Below are positions 1 through 9,199 of a stretch of DNA of 64,000 nucleotides, one piece after another. The notes under the pieces are model-generated. The model was not told the DNA's origin, did no database searches, and was given only the letters and a program-made list of their open reading frames with translations. The stretch comes from an uncultured Chloroflexia bacterium (GTDB taxonomy: Bacteria > Chloroflexota > Limnocylindria > Limnocylindrales > CSP1-4). Each line of letters opens with the position of its first letter. Within the stretch, counting starts at the first letter, position 1. Position numbers and translations under genes: made by a program. Where the stretch lies: NCBI GenBank assembly GCA_963768655.1, contig CAVYIM010000006.1, positions 1 to 64,000 of the forward strand, in the 5' to 3' direction.

Positions 1-438
1 GACGGATTCGTCGACCTCCATCCAGAGCTGGACCATGCCCTCGCCGAATGGTCCGTCGCGCATGACCGTCGGCGGAATGAGGTCCCAGCCGCTCGCCTCC
101 GAGACGGCGTGCGCGGCGACCTCGCGGCAGGCCAGCGTCCCGTCCGGGAAGTCGGTCAGCGGGCGCTCGCCGCGGATCGGCTTGTAGACGCAACTGGCCG
201 TGATCCCCGGCCTGCCGTCCGCCGGGCGCTCCTCGACGAGCCCGAAGAACGTGGCGTTGGAGGCCGAGAGCAGCCGGCCCACGACATCGAGCTCACCTTC
301 GCGCAGGACGCGCAGGGCCGTCGCCCGCTCGATCGAGCCCGCGACCTGGCGACCTTCGAGCGCGGCTGCCTCCATCTCCTCGCGCGTCAGGCGCGAGGCC
401 CGGGGCCCGGCGTTGTCCTCCGCTCTCGGTTCGGCCAT
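1..438 (-). CDS. SCO1664-family protein (PI3/4-kinase-like), runs off window edge
   Basis: Read by hand from ATG 438: ...GRLLSASNATF...VYKPIRGERPLTDFPDGTLACREVAAH...PPTVMRDGPFGEGMVQLW. Lies directly downstream of DUF3090, its usual partner. Confidence 0.85.
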   Translation of the reverse strand, partial: MAEPRAEDNAGPRASRLTREEMEAAALEGRQVAGSIERATALRVLREGELDVVGRLLSASNATFFGLVEERPADGRPGITASCVYKPIRGERPLTDFPDGTLACREVAAHAVSEASGWDLIPPTVMRDGPFGEGMVQLWMEVDESV

Positions 439-445
439 CCCATTC

Positions 446-1015
446 TCAATGCATGTAGCCGTTGCGCCGGGTGCAGATGTGCCCTTCGGGGTTGAGCGGC
501 TGGCCGCAGAAGGGGCACGGCGGGCGACCGGCAGCGACGACCTCGAGAGCTCGGGCGGCGAAGGCGAAGGCCTGGCGTGGCGCGAGGCGAACTCTTACGA
601 CATCACTGTCTTCGTCCGTGCCTTCGTCGGCGGCCTCCTCCACCTCGGTCGCTTCCTCCTCGGCCTCGTCCTCCGTGACCTCCCGGGCCTCGACGACGAT
701 GCTCTCGTCGTCGCCATCCCAGATGATCGCCATCGTGCCGACCCGGAACGTCTCGACCAGGGGTTCTTCCAGGGGAGCGCGATCGACCTCGTCAGCGGGC
801 GGCTCTTCAGGCACATCCGCCCCGCGGCTGCGCACCTCCGCCAGAAGCTGCGTCAGCCGTTCGGCCAGGAGCGCGACCTGGACCTTTTCGAGCGCGACGG
901 TGGTCACGCGCGTGCCCTCCCGGGCCTGCAGGTAGAAGGTGCGGCTGCCCGGCTGGCCGACCGCCCCGGCGACGAAGCGATCCGGGTTCTCGAACGCGTA
1001 CACCCGACGAGCCAT
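446..1015 (-). CDS. DUF3090 family protein
   Basis: FVAGAVGQPGSRTFYLQAR...LEKVQV, C-terminal GRPPCPFCGQPLNPEGHIC..NG. Confidence 0.88.
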   Translation of the reverse strand: MARRVYAFENPDRFVAGAVGQPGSRTFYLQAREGTRVTTVALEKVQVALLAERLTQLLAEVRSRGADVPEEPPADEVDRAPLEEPLVETFRVGTMAIIWDGDDESIVVEAREVTEDEAEEEATEVEEAADEGTDEDSDVVRVRLAPRQAFAFAARALEVVAAGRPPCPFCGQPLNPEGHICTRRNGYMH

Positions 1016-1192
1016 TGAGTCTCCAGCCGATCGAAGGCGCGCGGCGCGTGCCATGACGAATTTATACCTCCGGGCCAGACGGCTCCGGGCGCCGGACTCC
1101 GCTGCCCGCGTTCTGCGGTCGCCGACAGGCCGAACCGGGGCGTCTCTTCGGGGCGCTCGTCAGCGGGCCTGGCCGTATCTGGACCGCGGGAC

Positions 1193-1247
1193 TGCCAAAT
1201 TGGCAAGCAGACCTTGACAAATAGAAAGGCCAGATGCCATAGTGGCA
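1193..1247 (+). promoter_or_regulatory. sigma70-type promoter flanked by two TGCCA-N3-TGGCA palindromes
   Basis: TTGACA 1214-1219; TGnCATAGT extended -10 at 1235-1243; palindromes at 1193-1205 and 1235-1247. Confidence 0.7.
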
Positions 1248-1305
1248 ACCAACGAGGTCCAGGTCGGTCAGAGTACCGGCTGCGACCTCGAGAGTGAAGG
1301 AAACG

Positions 1306-1716
1306 ATGGCACGCGACGTAATCTCGACCTGTCCGGTCTGCTCGAGCGAGCTGTTCGTGACCCGGCTGCAATGCCGGAGCTGCGGCACAGCCATCGAGGG
1401 TGACTTCAGCGTCGGGCGCTTCGGCCGCCTCAGCCGCGAGCAGCTGGCTCTTCTCGAGAGCTTCCTGCGCGCTCGAGGCAACCTCAAGGAGCTCGAGCGC
1501 GAGCTCAAGCTGTCGTACCCGACGGTCCGCGCTCGGATCGACGCCCTGGTTCGGGCGCTCGGTCTGGCGGACGGAGCATTCGTCGACGACGGCTCCGAAG
1601 ACGGTTCCTGGCGGGACGAGATGAGCGGGCTACGCCGTGAGGTCCTGGAGCGGCTGGCTCGACATGAGATCACGGCGGACGAGGCAGCGGCCCTTATCCG
1701 CTCTCGGAAGGAGTAG
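1306..1716 (+). CDS. DUF2089 family protein (Zn ribbon + HTH + SHOCT-like tail)
   Basis: CPVC..CRSC, GNLKELERELKLSYPTVRARID, C-terminal VLERLARHEITADEA. Confidence 0.9.
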   Translation: MARDVISTCPVCSSELFVTRLQCRSCGTAIEGDFSVGRFGRLSREQLALLESFLRARGNLKELERELKLSYPTVRARIDALVRALGLADGAFVDDGSEDGSWRDEMSGLRREVLERLARHEITADEAAALIRSRKE

Positions 1717-1719
1717 GAG

Positions 1720-2889
1720 ATGGGCACGCTGGAGCGCCGCGAGACGCTCACCCATCGGCTGGGACCCGCCGGGCGACTTTCGGTCAAGACGGTCACGGGC
1801 CTGCTTCGCGTCCGGGGCATCGAAGGCGAGGACGTCCATGTGACCGTGACCTACCGCATCCGCGCGGCGGACCATGCCGCCGCGGAGAGGGCGCTCGAGA
1901 GCGGCCGGGTGGCCATCGACCGCGGCCCCGAGTCGCTCGCGATCGAGACGCCCGAACGGCGGCTCGCTTCCGGCCTGGCGTGGCTCTTTGCGGGCGCTCG
2001 GGTCGGCGCAGACATCGCCGTAGAGGTGCCATGGGGCGCGAAGCTGCGCTTCGAGACGATGAGCGGCTCGATCGAGGCGATGAACCTGGTCGGGGATCAG
2101 AAGTACCGGACCGTCTCCGGCGACATCCGGATGTGGTACCTGGGCGGGCTCGTCGAGGCGGGCACGATATCGGGCGGCGTCTTTCTCGACGGCGGGACGG
2201 CGCTGCGGCTGCGGGCCAGCACCATCTCCGGCGCGATCAGGGCCCGCGCCGGCCTCTTCCACAGTCTCACTCTGTCCACGACGAGTGGCAGCATCGCTGC
2301 GGTCGGAGCCCTGGACCCGGCCGGCGACTTCCGCGCCGAGTCCATTTCCGGCGGCCTGGATCTGACGCCACTGTCCGGAGTGACGGCCGAGCTCAAGACA
2401 GTTTCCGGCTCGGTCCATTCCGAGGTGGAGCATCGCCTCGAAGGTGGACGCGGCTTCTGGCGGGCGATCGTGGGCGACGGCCGGGCGCACCTGCGGGTCA
2501 ACTCGACCTCAGGCTCATTGCGCCTGCTTGCGCCCCGGCCATCCGACACGATTGCCGGGCAGACCTCCGAACCGGCGAGCCCTGCCGCGCCCGCGGGCTC
2601 TTGCGCCGGCCCCTCGGGCTCGGTGGCCGGATCGGTCGAGCCGAGCGCCACGTCCGGTACCGTCACGTCGGCGGCACCCGCGGCCACGTCCGATACGGCC
2701 GCCGGCGAAGAATCGGCCGAAAGCTGGAATCCGAACGAGACGGCCGAGGAAACGGCCGATCACGAACGCGACGACCTGGCGGACGAGGAGGAGCTGGCGG
2801 TCCTCCAGGCTCTGGAGCGAGGCGAGATCGGCGTCGATGAGGCCGCGGCCCGGCTCGAGCGCCGAGGAGGTAGCGACGATGTCCGGTGA
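1720..2889 (+). CDS. DUF4097 beta-strand-repeat protein with C-terminal SHOCT-like helix
   Basis: Repeated T(M/V/I)SG-x-I units; RBS AGGAG; tail VLQALERGEIGVDEA. Confidence 0.85.
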   Translation: MGTLERRETLTHRLGPAGRLSVKTVTGLLRVRGIEGEDVHVTVTYRIRAADHAAAERALESGRVAIDRGPESLAIETPERRLASGLAWLFAGARVGADIAVEVPWGAKLRFETMSGSIEAMNLVGDQKYRTVSGDIRMWYLGGLVEAGTISGGVFLDGGTALRLRASTISGAIRARAGLFHSLTLSTTSGSIAAVGALDPAGDFRAESISGGLDLTPLSGVTAELKTVSGSVHSEVEHRLEGGRGFWRAIVGDGRAHLRVNSTSGSLRLLAPRPSDTIAGQTSEPASPAAPAGSCAGPSGSVAGSVEPSATSGTVTSAAPAATSDTAAGEESAESWNPNETAEETADHERDDLADEEELAVLQALERGEIGVDEAAARLERRGGSDDVR

Positions 2890-3319
2890 GCTGGAAGCGC
2901 TGCTCCGCCTCGTCTCGGAGGGGCGTCTCACGGCCGAGGAGGCCGCCCCGATCGTCGCCGCTCTCGAGGAGAAAGCCCGCCTCGACGCCCGGGGCGCCGG
3001 CGCGGGGTCGGGCTCGGGCTCGGGCACGGGCGCCGGCGGAGCTGCGACTCGCGACGGTGGCCGCGATGGAGGCCGACGTGCCGGCCCTGTCCAGGAGCTC
3101 CTCGCGGACCGAAAACTGCGCGTCTACGTGGCCGAGGACGGGCGCCAGGTGATCAACATCCAGATCCCGCTGGCCGCGGCGGGGTTCGCGATCGACCAGG
3201 TGCCCGGCCTTTCGCCGGACCACCGGTCCCGCATCGTCGAGGCCATCCAGAGCGGCATGACCGGGCCGATCCTGGAGGTCTCCGACGATGGCGACGAGGT
3301 TCGCATAGTCATCGAATAG
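2879..3319 (+). CDS. SHOCT-like (YvlB/LiaX N-terminal-like) domain protein
   Basis: GAGGAG RBS, ATG 2879, MSGELEALLRLVSEGRLTAEEA...VINIQIPL...DGDEVRIVIE. Confidence 0.8.
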   Translation: MSGELEALLRLVSEGRLTAEEAAPIVAALEEKARLDARGAGAGSGSGSGTGAGGAATRDGGRDGGRRAGPVQELLADRKLRVYVAEDGRQVINIQIPLAAAGFAIDQVPGLSPDHRSRIVEAIQSGMTGPILEVSDDGDEVRIVIE

Positions 3320-3446
3320 TCGGGCGGCCGCGCGCCGCCGAACCCAACTCGAAGCGATCCCGGACCGCCCACCGGCCCGGGCCTGGACAGGTGTTGCCAG
3401 AACAGGGAGTCAGGGCGGCTCGCGAATGCCGCAAAAGGGGAAGGCA

Positions 3447-4409
3447 ATGTTGCTGGAAATCGAGAAGCTGACCAAGGTGTTCCGGACCGGGGTCCGGGCC
3501 AATGACGGAATCGACCTGTCGATCGACTCGGGCGAGGTGTTCGGCCTGCTCGGCCACAACGGCGCCGGCAAGACGACCCTGGTCAACCAGGTCATCGGTC
3601 TGCTGAAGCCGACCGCGGGCTCCATACGAATCGACGGCCGCGACATGGTCGCCGACCCTGGCCTGGCTCGCCGGCTGTGCTCGTTCCAGGCTCAGTCGCA
3701 GGTTCCGATAGACGGTTTGACCCCCCGCCAGGCCATCGAGCTGCTCGGCCAGCTCCGCGGCGGAAACGGGGCAGACGTCCGGCGCCGCCGCGCTCGCCTG
3801 GTCGACGCCCTCGATCTCGGGGAGTGGCTCGACGTGGACGCGGCCCGACTCTCCGGCGGCGTGAAGCGACTCGTGGCCTTCGCCATGGCCGCGGTCGCGC
3901 CCGGTCGCCTGGTCATGCTCGACGAGCCGACCAACGACGTCGACCCGATACGCCGGCGGCTGCTGTGGCAGCAGGTGCGGTCGCTCGCTGACCATGGCGC
4001 GGCCGTATTGCTCGTGACCCACAACGTCGTCGAGGCGGAGCGCTCGGTGGATCGTCTGGCAATCCTGGACGCCGGCCGCGTGATCGCCGAGGGCACGCCG
4101 GCGGAGCTCAAGGCGAGGCTTGGCGCCGAGCTTCGACTGGAGCTGGTGATCGACCCGACGACGACCGAGCTACCGGTTTCGCCATTCGGTCAGTCGGTCG
4201 TCCCGGTCGGCAACCGGCTCATGGTCGGCGTTCCGAGGGACGCCGCGGGCACGGCGCTCGGTTGGGCCGAGTCTCTGCAGCGGGCCGGCACGGTGGAGGA
4301 GTTCACGCTCGGCCCGGCGACTCTTGAGGACGTGTACGTGGCGCTGGTCGGCGGCCGGGAGGCGCGACCCGCCGAGATGGAGGAGAGCTTCGATGCAAGC
4401 GCTGCGTAG
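3447..4409 (+). CDS. ABC transporter ATP-binding protein
   Basis: Walker A GHNGAGKTT, LSGG, MLDEPT, VTH. Confidence 0.93.
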   Translation: MLLEIEKLTKVFRTGVRANDGIDLSIDSGEVFGLLGHNGAGKTTLVNQVIGLLKPTAGSIRIDGRDMVADPGLARRLCSFQAQSQVPIDGLTPRQAIELLGQLRGGNGADVRRRRARLVDALDLGEWLDVDAARLSGGVKRLVAFAMAAVAPGRLVMLDEPTNDVDPIRRRLLWQQVRSLADHGAAVLLVTHNVVEAERSVDRLAILDAGRVIAEGTPAELKARLGAELRLELVIDPTTTELPVSPFGQSVVPVGNRLMVGVPRDAAGTALGWAESLQRAGTVEEFTLGPATLEDVYVALVGGREARPAEMEESFDASAA

Positions 4410-5127
4410 CTACCGGTTGCTCGTGACCTGGCAGGCCCTGCGCAAGAAGGCTTACCTGCCGCTGATGATGGCGGTCCAGACTCTATTCTCGCTCGGCATC
4501 GTGCTCGGCTATCCGCTTCTCTTCCCGACGCTGGACCGCACGACGATCTACCTGATCGCCACGGGCGCGCCCGCGATCTCCATGGTCTCGGTCGGCCTCG
4601 TCGCGCTGCCTCAGACCGTCGGCGAAATGAAGTCCGAGGGCAGCCTGGCGTATATGCGGTCGCTGCCCGTGCCACGGCTCGCCTATCTGGTGGCCGACCT
4701 GACCGTCTGGCTGGTCATCGTCGTCCCGGGCGTCGTCCTTGGCGTCCTGGTCGGAGCCTGGCGGTTCGGCCTGGACCTCCAGGTCAGCCCGCTCGTCGTT
4801 CCGGCCGTTCTCATGGTGGCCCTCACGGCGACCTGCGTCGGCTACGCCCTGGCTTCGGTCCTGCCTTACATGCTCACCGTCATCATCACCCAGGCGATCG
4901 TCGTCTTCGTGTTCATGTTCTCGCCGTTGACCTTCTTGCCCGACAAGCTGCCGGCCTGGCTGGAGACGATCCACCGGCTGCTGCCGATCCAGGCCATGGG
5001 CGAGGTGACTCGAGGCACGATCGCTCCCAACGAGTTCCCGCTGCCCCCAGGCGCTTTCCTGACGCTGGCCGTGTGGTGCGTGCTCGGGTTCCTGGTGACA
5101 TACGCGGCGATCACGCGACGTGCCTGA
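4393..5127 (+). CDS. ABC-2 type exporter permease
   Basis: About 6 hydrophobic segments, LPAWL..I..LLP motif, overlaps the ATPase stop. Confidence 0.88.
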   Translation: MQALRSYRLLVTWQALRKKAYLPLMMAVQTLFSLGIVLGYPLLFPTLDRTTIYLIATGAPAISMVSVGLVALPQTVGEMKSEGSLAYMRSLPVPRLAYLVADLTVWLVIVVPGVVLGVLVGAWRFGLDLQVSPLVVPAVLMVALTATCVGYALASVLPYMLTVIITQAIVVFVFMFSPLTFLPDKLPAWLETIHRLLPIQAMGEVTRGTIAPNEFPLPPGAFLTLAVWCVLGFLVTYAAITRRA

Positions 5128-5190
5128 TGGGCGCCCGCAGGCGCGTTAGGCTTGGCTGATGACGCGGCGCGACGCAGAGACACTCCAGCG

Positions 5191-5913
5191 ATGAGCGGGC
5201 AGCCGGGCAGACTGCCCGCCCGCGACTTCGAGGAGATCCGCTTGGCCGAGGCGCTCGAGCGCCGGCGTTGCCCGATCTGCGATGCCCGCCAGGAGTCCGC
5301 CTACGCTGCTCTCCGCGGCCTGGCGCGCGAAGGCGCGACCGATCGCGGCCTCCGGGCCGACATCGACCGGGGTCTGGGGTTCTGCCAGGTCCACAGCGTC
5401 GGCCTCTCGAAGATGGAGCTGCTGCAAACGAGCAGCAAGCTGGCGACGGCGGTGCTGCTGGACGCGGTGCTGCGGCGACGCCTGGCGGCGCTCAAGAAGC
5501 TATCCGGCGCGGATGCCGTGGCGCAGGGGCGCGGGCTGGCGGACCTGGCCGATCCGCGATGCCCGGTCTGCGCCCGCGCTTCGGAAGCCTCGGGGATGGC
5601 CATCGATCGACTCCTTGCGCTCTCCGACGATCCGGCATGGTCGGCGGCCCTGGGCTCGGGTGAGCTGTGCCTGAGCGATCTCTGCGCCTTGTGGGCGGCG
5701 GCCGCGGCCGGCTCCCGGGACGTGCAGGAGCGTTGGCGCGGGATCCTGATCGTGCAACTCGCGCGCCTCGAGGCGCTGCAGAAGAAGCTCGCCGAGTATG
5801 CCCACAACAGCACCGTGGATCGGCGCCACCTGATCACCGGAGAGCAGCAGGAGGCGGCCGCCCTCTCGATCCGGCTTTTCGGCGGTTCCCCGGACCGCGA
5901 ACGAACTCGCTGA
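5191..5913 (+). CDS. DUF6062-like Cys-motif protein (copy 1)
   Basis: CPIC, GFCQVH, CPVC, LCLSD; -10-like GACACT 6 nt before the ATG. Confidence 0.7.
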   Translation: MSGQPGRLPARDFEEIRLAEALERRRCPICDARQESAYAALRGLAREGATDRGLRADIDRGLGFCQVHSVGLSKMELLQTSSKLATAVLLDAVLRRRLAALKKLSGADAVAQGRGLADLADPRCPVCARASEASGMAIDRLLALSDDPAWSAALGSGELCLSDLCALWAAAAAGSRDVQERWRGILIVQLARLEALQKKLAEYAHNSTVDRRHLITGEQQEAAALSIRLFGGSPDRERTR

Positions 5914-5918
5914 CGATC

Positions 5919-6172
5919 GCCGGCCGGGCGGCGCATCGCGGTGTTGGAACCTGCGTTCCTCGCTCACGCACCTTCTGGTGCGCTCGCTCCGGTACTCGGC
6001 TCCGCCTGGCGCTGCGCTCGCCGGGCCGGCGATCTCCGCCACGTGGCCGGCCGGGCGGCGCATCGCGGTGTTGGAACCTGCGTTCCTCGCTCACGCACCT
6101 TCTGGTGCGCTCGCTCCGGTACTCGGCTCCGCCTAGCGCTGCGCTCGCCGGGCCGGCGATCTCCGCCACGTG
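5919..6172. repeat. 127-bp tandem duplication (2 copies, 1 mismatch) of an imperfect palindromic element
   Basis: Units 5919-6045 and 6046-6172; central hairpin CGCACC-TTCT-GGTGCG flanked by CTCGCT direct repeats. Confidence 0.95.
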
Positions 6173-6252
6173 TCCGTCGGGCGGCGGAGTTCGTCTGTTT
6201 CCGTTGGCCCGCCGGCGCCGTGACGCGCGCGGCTGCTGCGCCCCGCGCCTCG

Positions 6253-7092
6253 TCAGTGCGGGTCGGCGAAACAGCGCTCGAATCCGGGAGTCCAGATCAG
6301 GCGCCCGTTCGAGCCGTCTCGGTCGGCCGTGATCGCGCAGCCCGCATAGCCGGCCAGTCCCGCGACCCAGGCCAGGCCCGTCGGTCCCATGGCGAACGCC
6401 GCGGTGGCGTAGGCGTCGGCGTAGGTCAGGCTCGGCCCCACGATCGTAATGCTCAGCACGTCGCCCTGGGGCGCCTTGCCGGTGAAAGGGTCCAGCACAT
6501 GATCGCCGCGCTCATACGCGCCCGACGTGGCGACGGCTCCGTCGTGGACGCTGACCACCGTGGCGACCTTGTCCGCCTGCAACGGATGTCTGATGCCGAT
6601 CCGCCAGGGCGCGGCCGAAGCCGCCTCACCGCGGATGACGATGTCGCCGCCGCCGTTGATGCAGTAGTTGCGCGCCCCTGCCGCCTCCAAGATTCGGCTG
6701 GCACCCTCCAGCGCCCAGCCCTTGACCAGTCCCGAAGGGTCGAGGCCGCCGTCCCAGCGGTGGGCCCGAATGTCGAAGTAGCCCTGGCTCGTTTCCCTCA
6801 CCCGCTCGCACAGTTCGAGGACCCGGCGCAGGTCGGGGCTGCAGTCGTCCTCGGATATCTCGCCGCGGCTCAGGCGGCTGACCTCGCTATCGGGTTTGTA
6901 GGTGCTGAAGCGCCGGTCGATGTCGCGCAGATGGTCGAAAGCCTCGTCGAGCGCCTCCGCCGGCACGTTCGCGTCGCGGACATCGAAGCTGATGGCCGTG
7001 CCCATGATCTGCTCCACTCGTCGTAACCCGAAGAGGGGCGCAGTGCCGGCCTGGGGCGCCAACCGCTCGATCTGCTCTCGGTCCGCGGTCAT
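6253..7092 (-). CDS. apbE: FAD:protein FMN transferase (ApbE family)
   Basis: MGT, FSTYKPDSEVSRL, DPSGLVKGW, NGGGD, VATSGAYERGDH, ADAYATA. Confidence 0.9.
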   Translation of the reverse strand: MTADREQIERLAPQAGTAPLFGLRRVEQIMGTAISFDVRDANVPAEALDEAFDHLRDIDRRFSTYKPDSEVSRLSRGEISEDDCSPDLRRVLELCERVRETSQGYFDIRAHRWDGGLDPSGLVKGWALEGASRILEAAGARNYCINGGGDIVIRGEAASAAPWRIGIRHPLQADKVATVVSVHDGAVATSGAYERGDHVLDPFTGKAPQGDVLSITIVGPSLTYADAYATAAFAMGPTGLAWVAGLAGYAGCAITADRDGSNGRLIWTPGFERCFADPH

Positions 7093-7816
7093 GGACGCAT
7101 TATGGTGCGCCGCCGCCGAAGTGCTCCGGGATTCTCTTCGAGCGGTGCGGTGGCTCCGGTGGGTCGGCGCTCGCATCTCCGGCGGTCAGCCGGGCGTCCC
7201 TGCGATGGGCCAGCGGGAGCCCCGACCGACACACCCGCGATACGCTCGAGGTGGCGCTCGTCGCCGCCGCGAGCGGCGTCCGCCGGCCCGGCCGGCTGCG
7301 GCGCGCGACCCGGCCGGTCGGTCCTGGGCCGAGCAACCGAAAGCGCGCAGTCTGCTCAGGCAAGTGTTTCAGAATTGTGCAATGCTGCCGCCAGCGGCGG
7401 CGCAGGCTGGCTGGCAGCGTCGCCGCCGCGATCCTCCGGACACTCACGCTTGCGCTCGGCGCCGGCTCGGGCCGCCCGGCGCTCGGGATCTGGTGGGCGA
7501 GCGAGCCGCAGGTGCCGGGATTGGGCTCGGCATCGCGAGGCCTGTTCTGCCGTCGGGCGGGCTTGCCCGGACTTTCCTGCGCCGCCGCAAGCATGGGCGC
7601 CGGCATGTGAAACCTGGGCGCCGCCGCAAGTTCGGGCGGCTGATCCGGCGATCATCGCGCACTCCTGCCAGCGCGGCGCCCTCGCAGTGGCCGAATCTTC
7701 ACAAAGCTGAGTATTGAAATCTCAGACTTCTCTGCTTAGGCTTTCGTACCCAGGGTCCGGCTGGCGTTCGAGCCGGGCGTCCGTGTATCGAACATTCGAA
7801 CAAGGAAAGGCGATCG

Positions 7817-8035
7817 ATGGCGATCTCGGTTGCCGCTGAGCCCGAGCCGCGCCCGGTGACCGCGCGCGCACAGGACTTGTGTCCGGCTGCGCTCCGCGCC
7901 ATGGTCATCTGGCCACGGCTGGACCGACGTGCCCTTGCGAGATGCGGCTGTGACTCGGCTCGAATTGCCAACTACGTCTCGCGTCGGACCCGTATGCCAG
8001 CCCGGTCCATCGAGACGCTGCTGAACCGGTCGTAG
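7817..8035 (+). CDS. small hypothetical protein (72 aa)
   Basis: AAGGAAAGG RBS before ATG; AT-richer promoter-like stretch 7695-7750. Confidence 0.55.
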   Translation: MAISVAAEPEPRPVTARAQDLCPAALRAMVIWPRLDRRALARCGCDSARIANYVSRRTRMPARSIETLLNRS

Positions 8036-8147
8036 AGCAACAGGCGCCGCCGCCGCTCCCGAGGGACCATTCGTTCCGTGCCCATCACGCCGACCGCTCC
8101 AGCCACTGGCGCGCCACAGAGTGTATTCGTGTGCGCACGCGGCGCCG

Positions 8148-8816
8148 TCAGCCGCGGTATAGGAAGCAGCCCGGAAGGTGGTCATCGACCAGCCCGACAC
8201 TCTGCATGAAGCTGTAGACGATAGTCGAGCCTACGAAACGGAATCCGCGCTTTCGCAGATCTGTCGACAGCACGTCAGATTCGGGCGTGGTCGCTGGTAC
8301 GTCCTGCAAGCCGCTGCCCTTCCTGCGAGTCGGGGAGGGTCGGGGGAGCCGGGCCGCAAGGTAGGCTGCGAACGAGCCGTACTCCTCGGCCAGCTTGAGT
8401 ACGAGTGCGGCGTTGCCGACCGTCGCGTCGATCTTGGCCCGGTTGCGGACGATCGCGGCGTCGGCCAGCAGTCGCTCTCGGTCGGCCGCACCGAACGTGG
8501 CCACGACTTCGGGCACGAAGCCGGCGAAGGCCAGTCGGAACGCGTCGCGCTTACGCAGGATCGTCGACCACGACAGCCCGGCCTGAAAGCCCTCCAAGGC
8601 CAACCGTTCGAACAGGGCGTTGTCGTCCGAAACCGGAACGCCCCACTCCTCGTCGTGGTAGGCGACCATCAGGGGATCGGTTCCGAGCAGGCCGTCCGGC
8701 CACCAGCATCTCGATCGTGAGTCGCCGGCAATCCGCTGCTCTGCCACCTCTGCCGCGTGAGTCGCGCTTCCTTCCGGAGTCGAGAGGCCAAGGGGCTGAC
8801 GTAGCGACTCACCCAT
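8148..8816 (-). CDS. tag: DNA-3-methyladenine glycosylase I
   Basis: RCWW...YHDEEWGVP...LEGFQAGLSWSTIL...IVRNRAKI...GFRFVGSTIVYSFMQSVGLVDDH..C. Confidence 0.95.
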   Translation of the reverse strand: MGESLRQPLGLSTPEGSATHAAEVAEQRIAGDSRSRCWWPDGLLGTDPLMVAYHDEEWGVPVSDDNALFERLALEGFQAGLSWSTILRKRDAFRLAFAGFVPEVVATFGAADRERLLADAAIVRNRAKIDATVGNAALVLKLAEEYGSFAAYLAARLPRPSPTRRKGSGLQDVPATTPESDVLSTDLRKRGFRFVGSTIVYSFMQSVGLVDDHLPGCFLYRG

Positions 8817-9199
8817 CAGGCGCTGCGCTCCAGGAATTTGACGACTGCGTCACGGAAGATCTCGGCCCGCTCCACGACGGAAACGGCGGACTCGAGGTCG
8901 ACGGGAAGATTGAGGTCGCCGGCGGCGGCCTTGCGGAGGTCCACGGCATCGAGCAGCCAGCGGTGGTAGGCCGAGTACAACCGCCCGGATCGGCCGAACT
9001 GACTTCCGTAGGCGAGACACACTGCCTGAGCGGGGCCCGGCGCGACGCCGTCCACGTCGAGACACGCCCTGGCCAGGCGCAGCATTGCCACACAGGCGCG
9101 CTCTGACGCCGTTTCGACATCGCCTGCCTCCAGCTCGCGTTGGGCCGAGACGATGGCCCTGTCCGCGCCGTCGACGAGTTGAGCAGCTCGCTCCCTCAT
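8816..9199 (-). CDS. HEPN-domain protein (UPF0332/COG1895-like), apparently degenerate
   Basis: Helical pattern A..A...L.AGD...A.SRA..AM...A.A.L...G; coupled to the MNT gene by an ATGA overlap. Confidence 0.7.
   Translation of the reverse strand: MRERAAQLVDGADRAIVSAQRELEAGDVETASERACVAMLRLARACLDVDGVAPGPAQAVCLAYGSQFGRSGRLYSAYHRWLLDAVDLRKAAAGDLNLPVDLESAVSVVERAEIFRDAVVKFLERSA

Noticed and set aside
5919-6172. CRISPR array
   Set aside because: Two contiguous 127-bp copies with no unique spacers, and no cas genes in the window.
7598-7614. parS site (CATGTGAAAC)
   Set aside because: Only a half-site of GTTTCACGTGAAAC matches.
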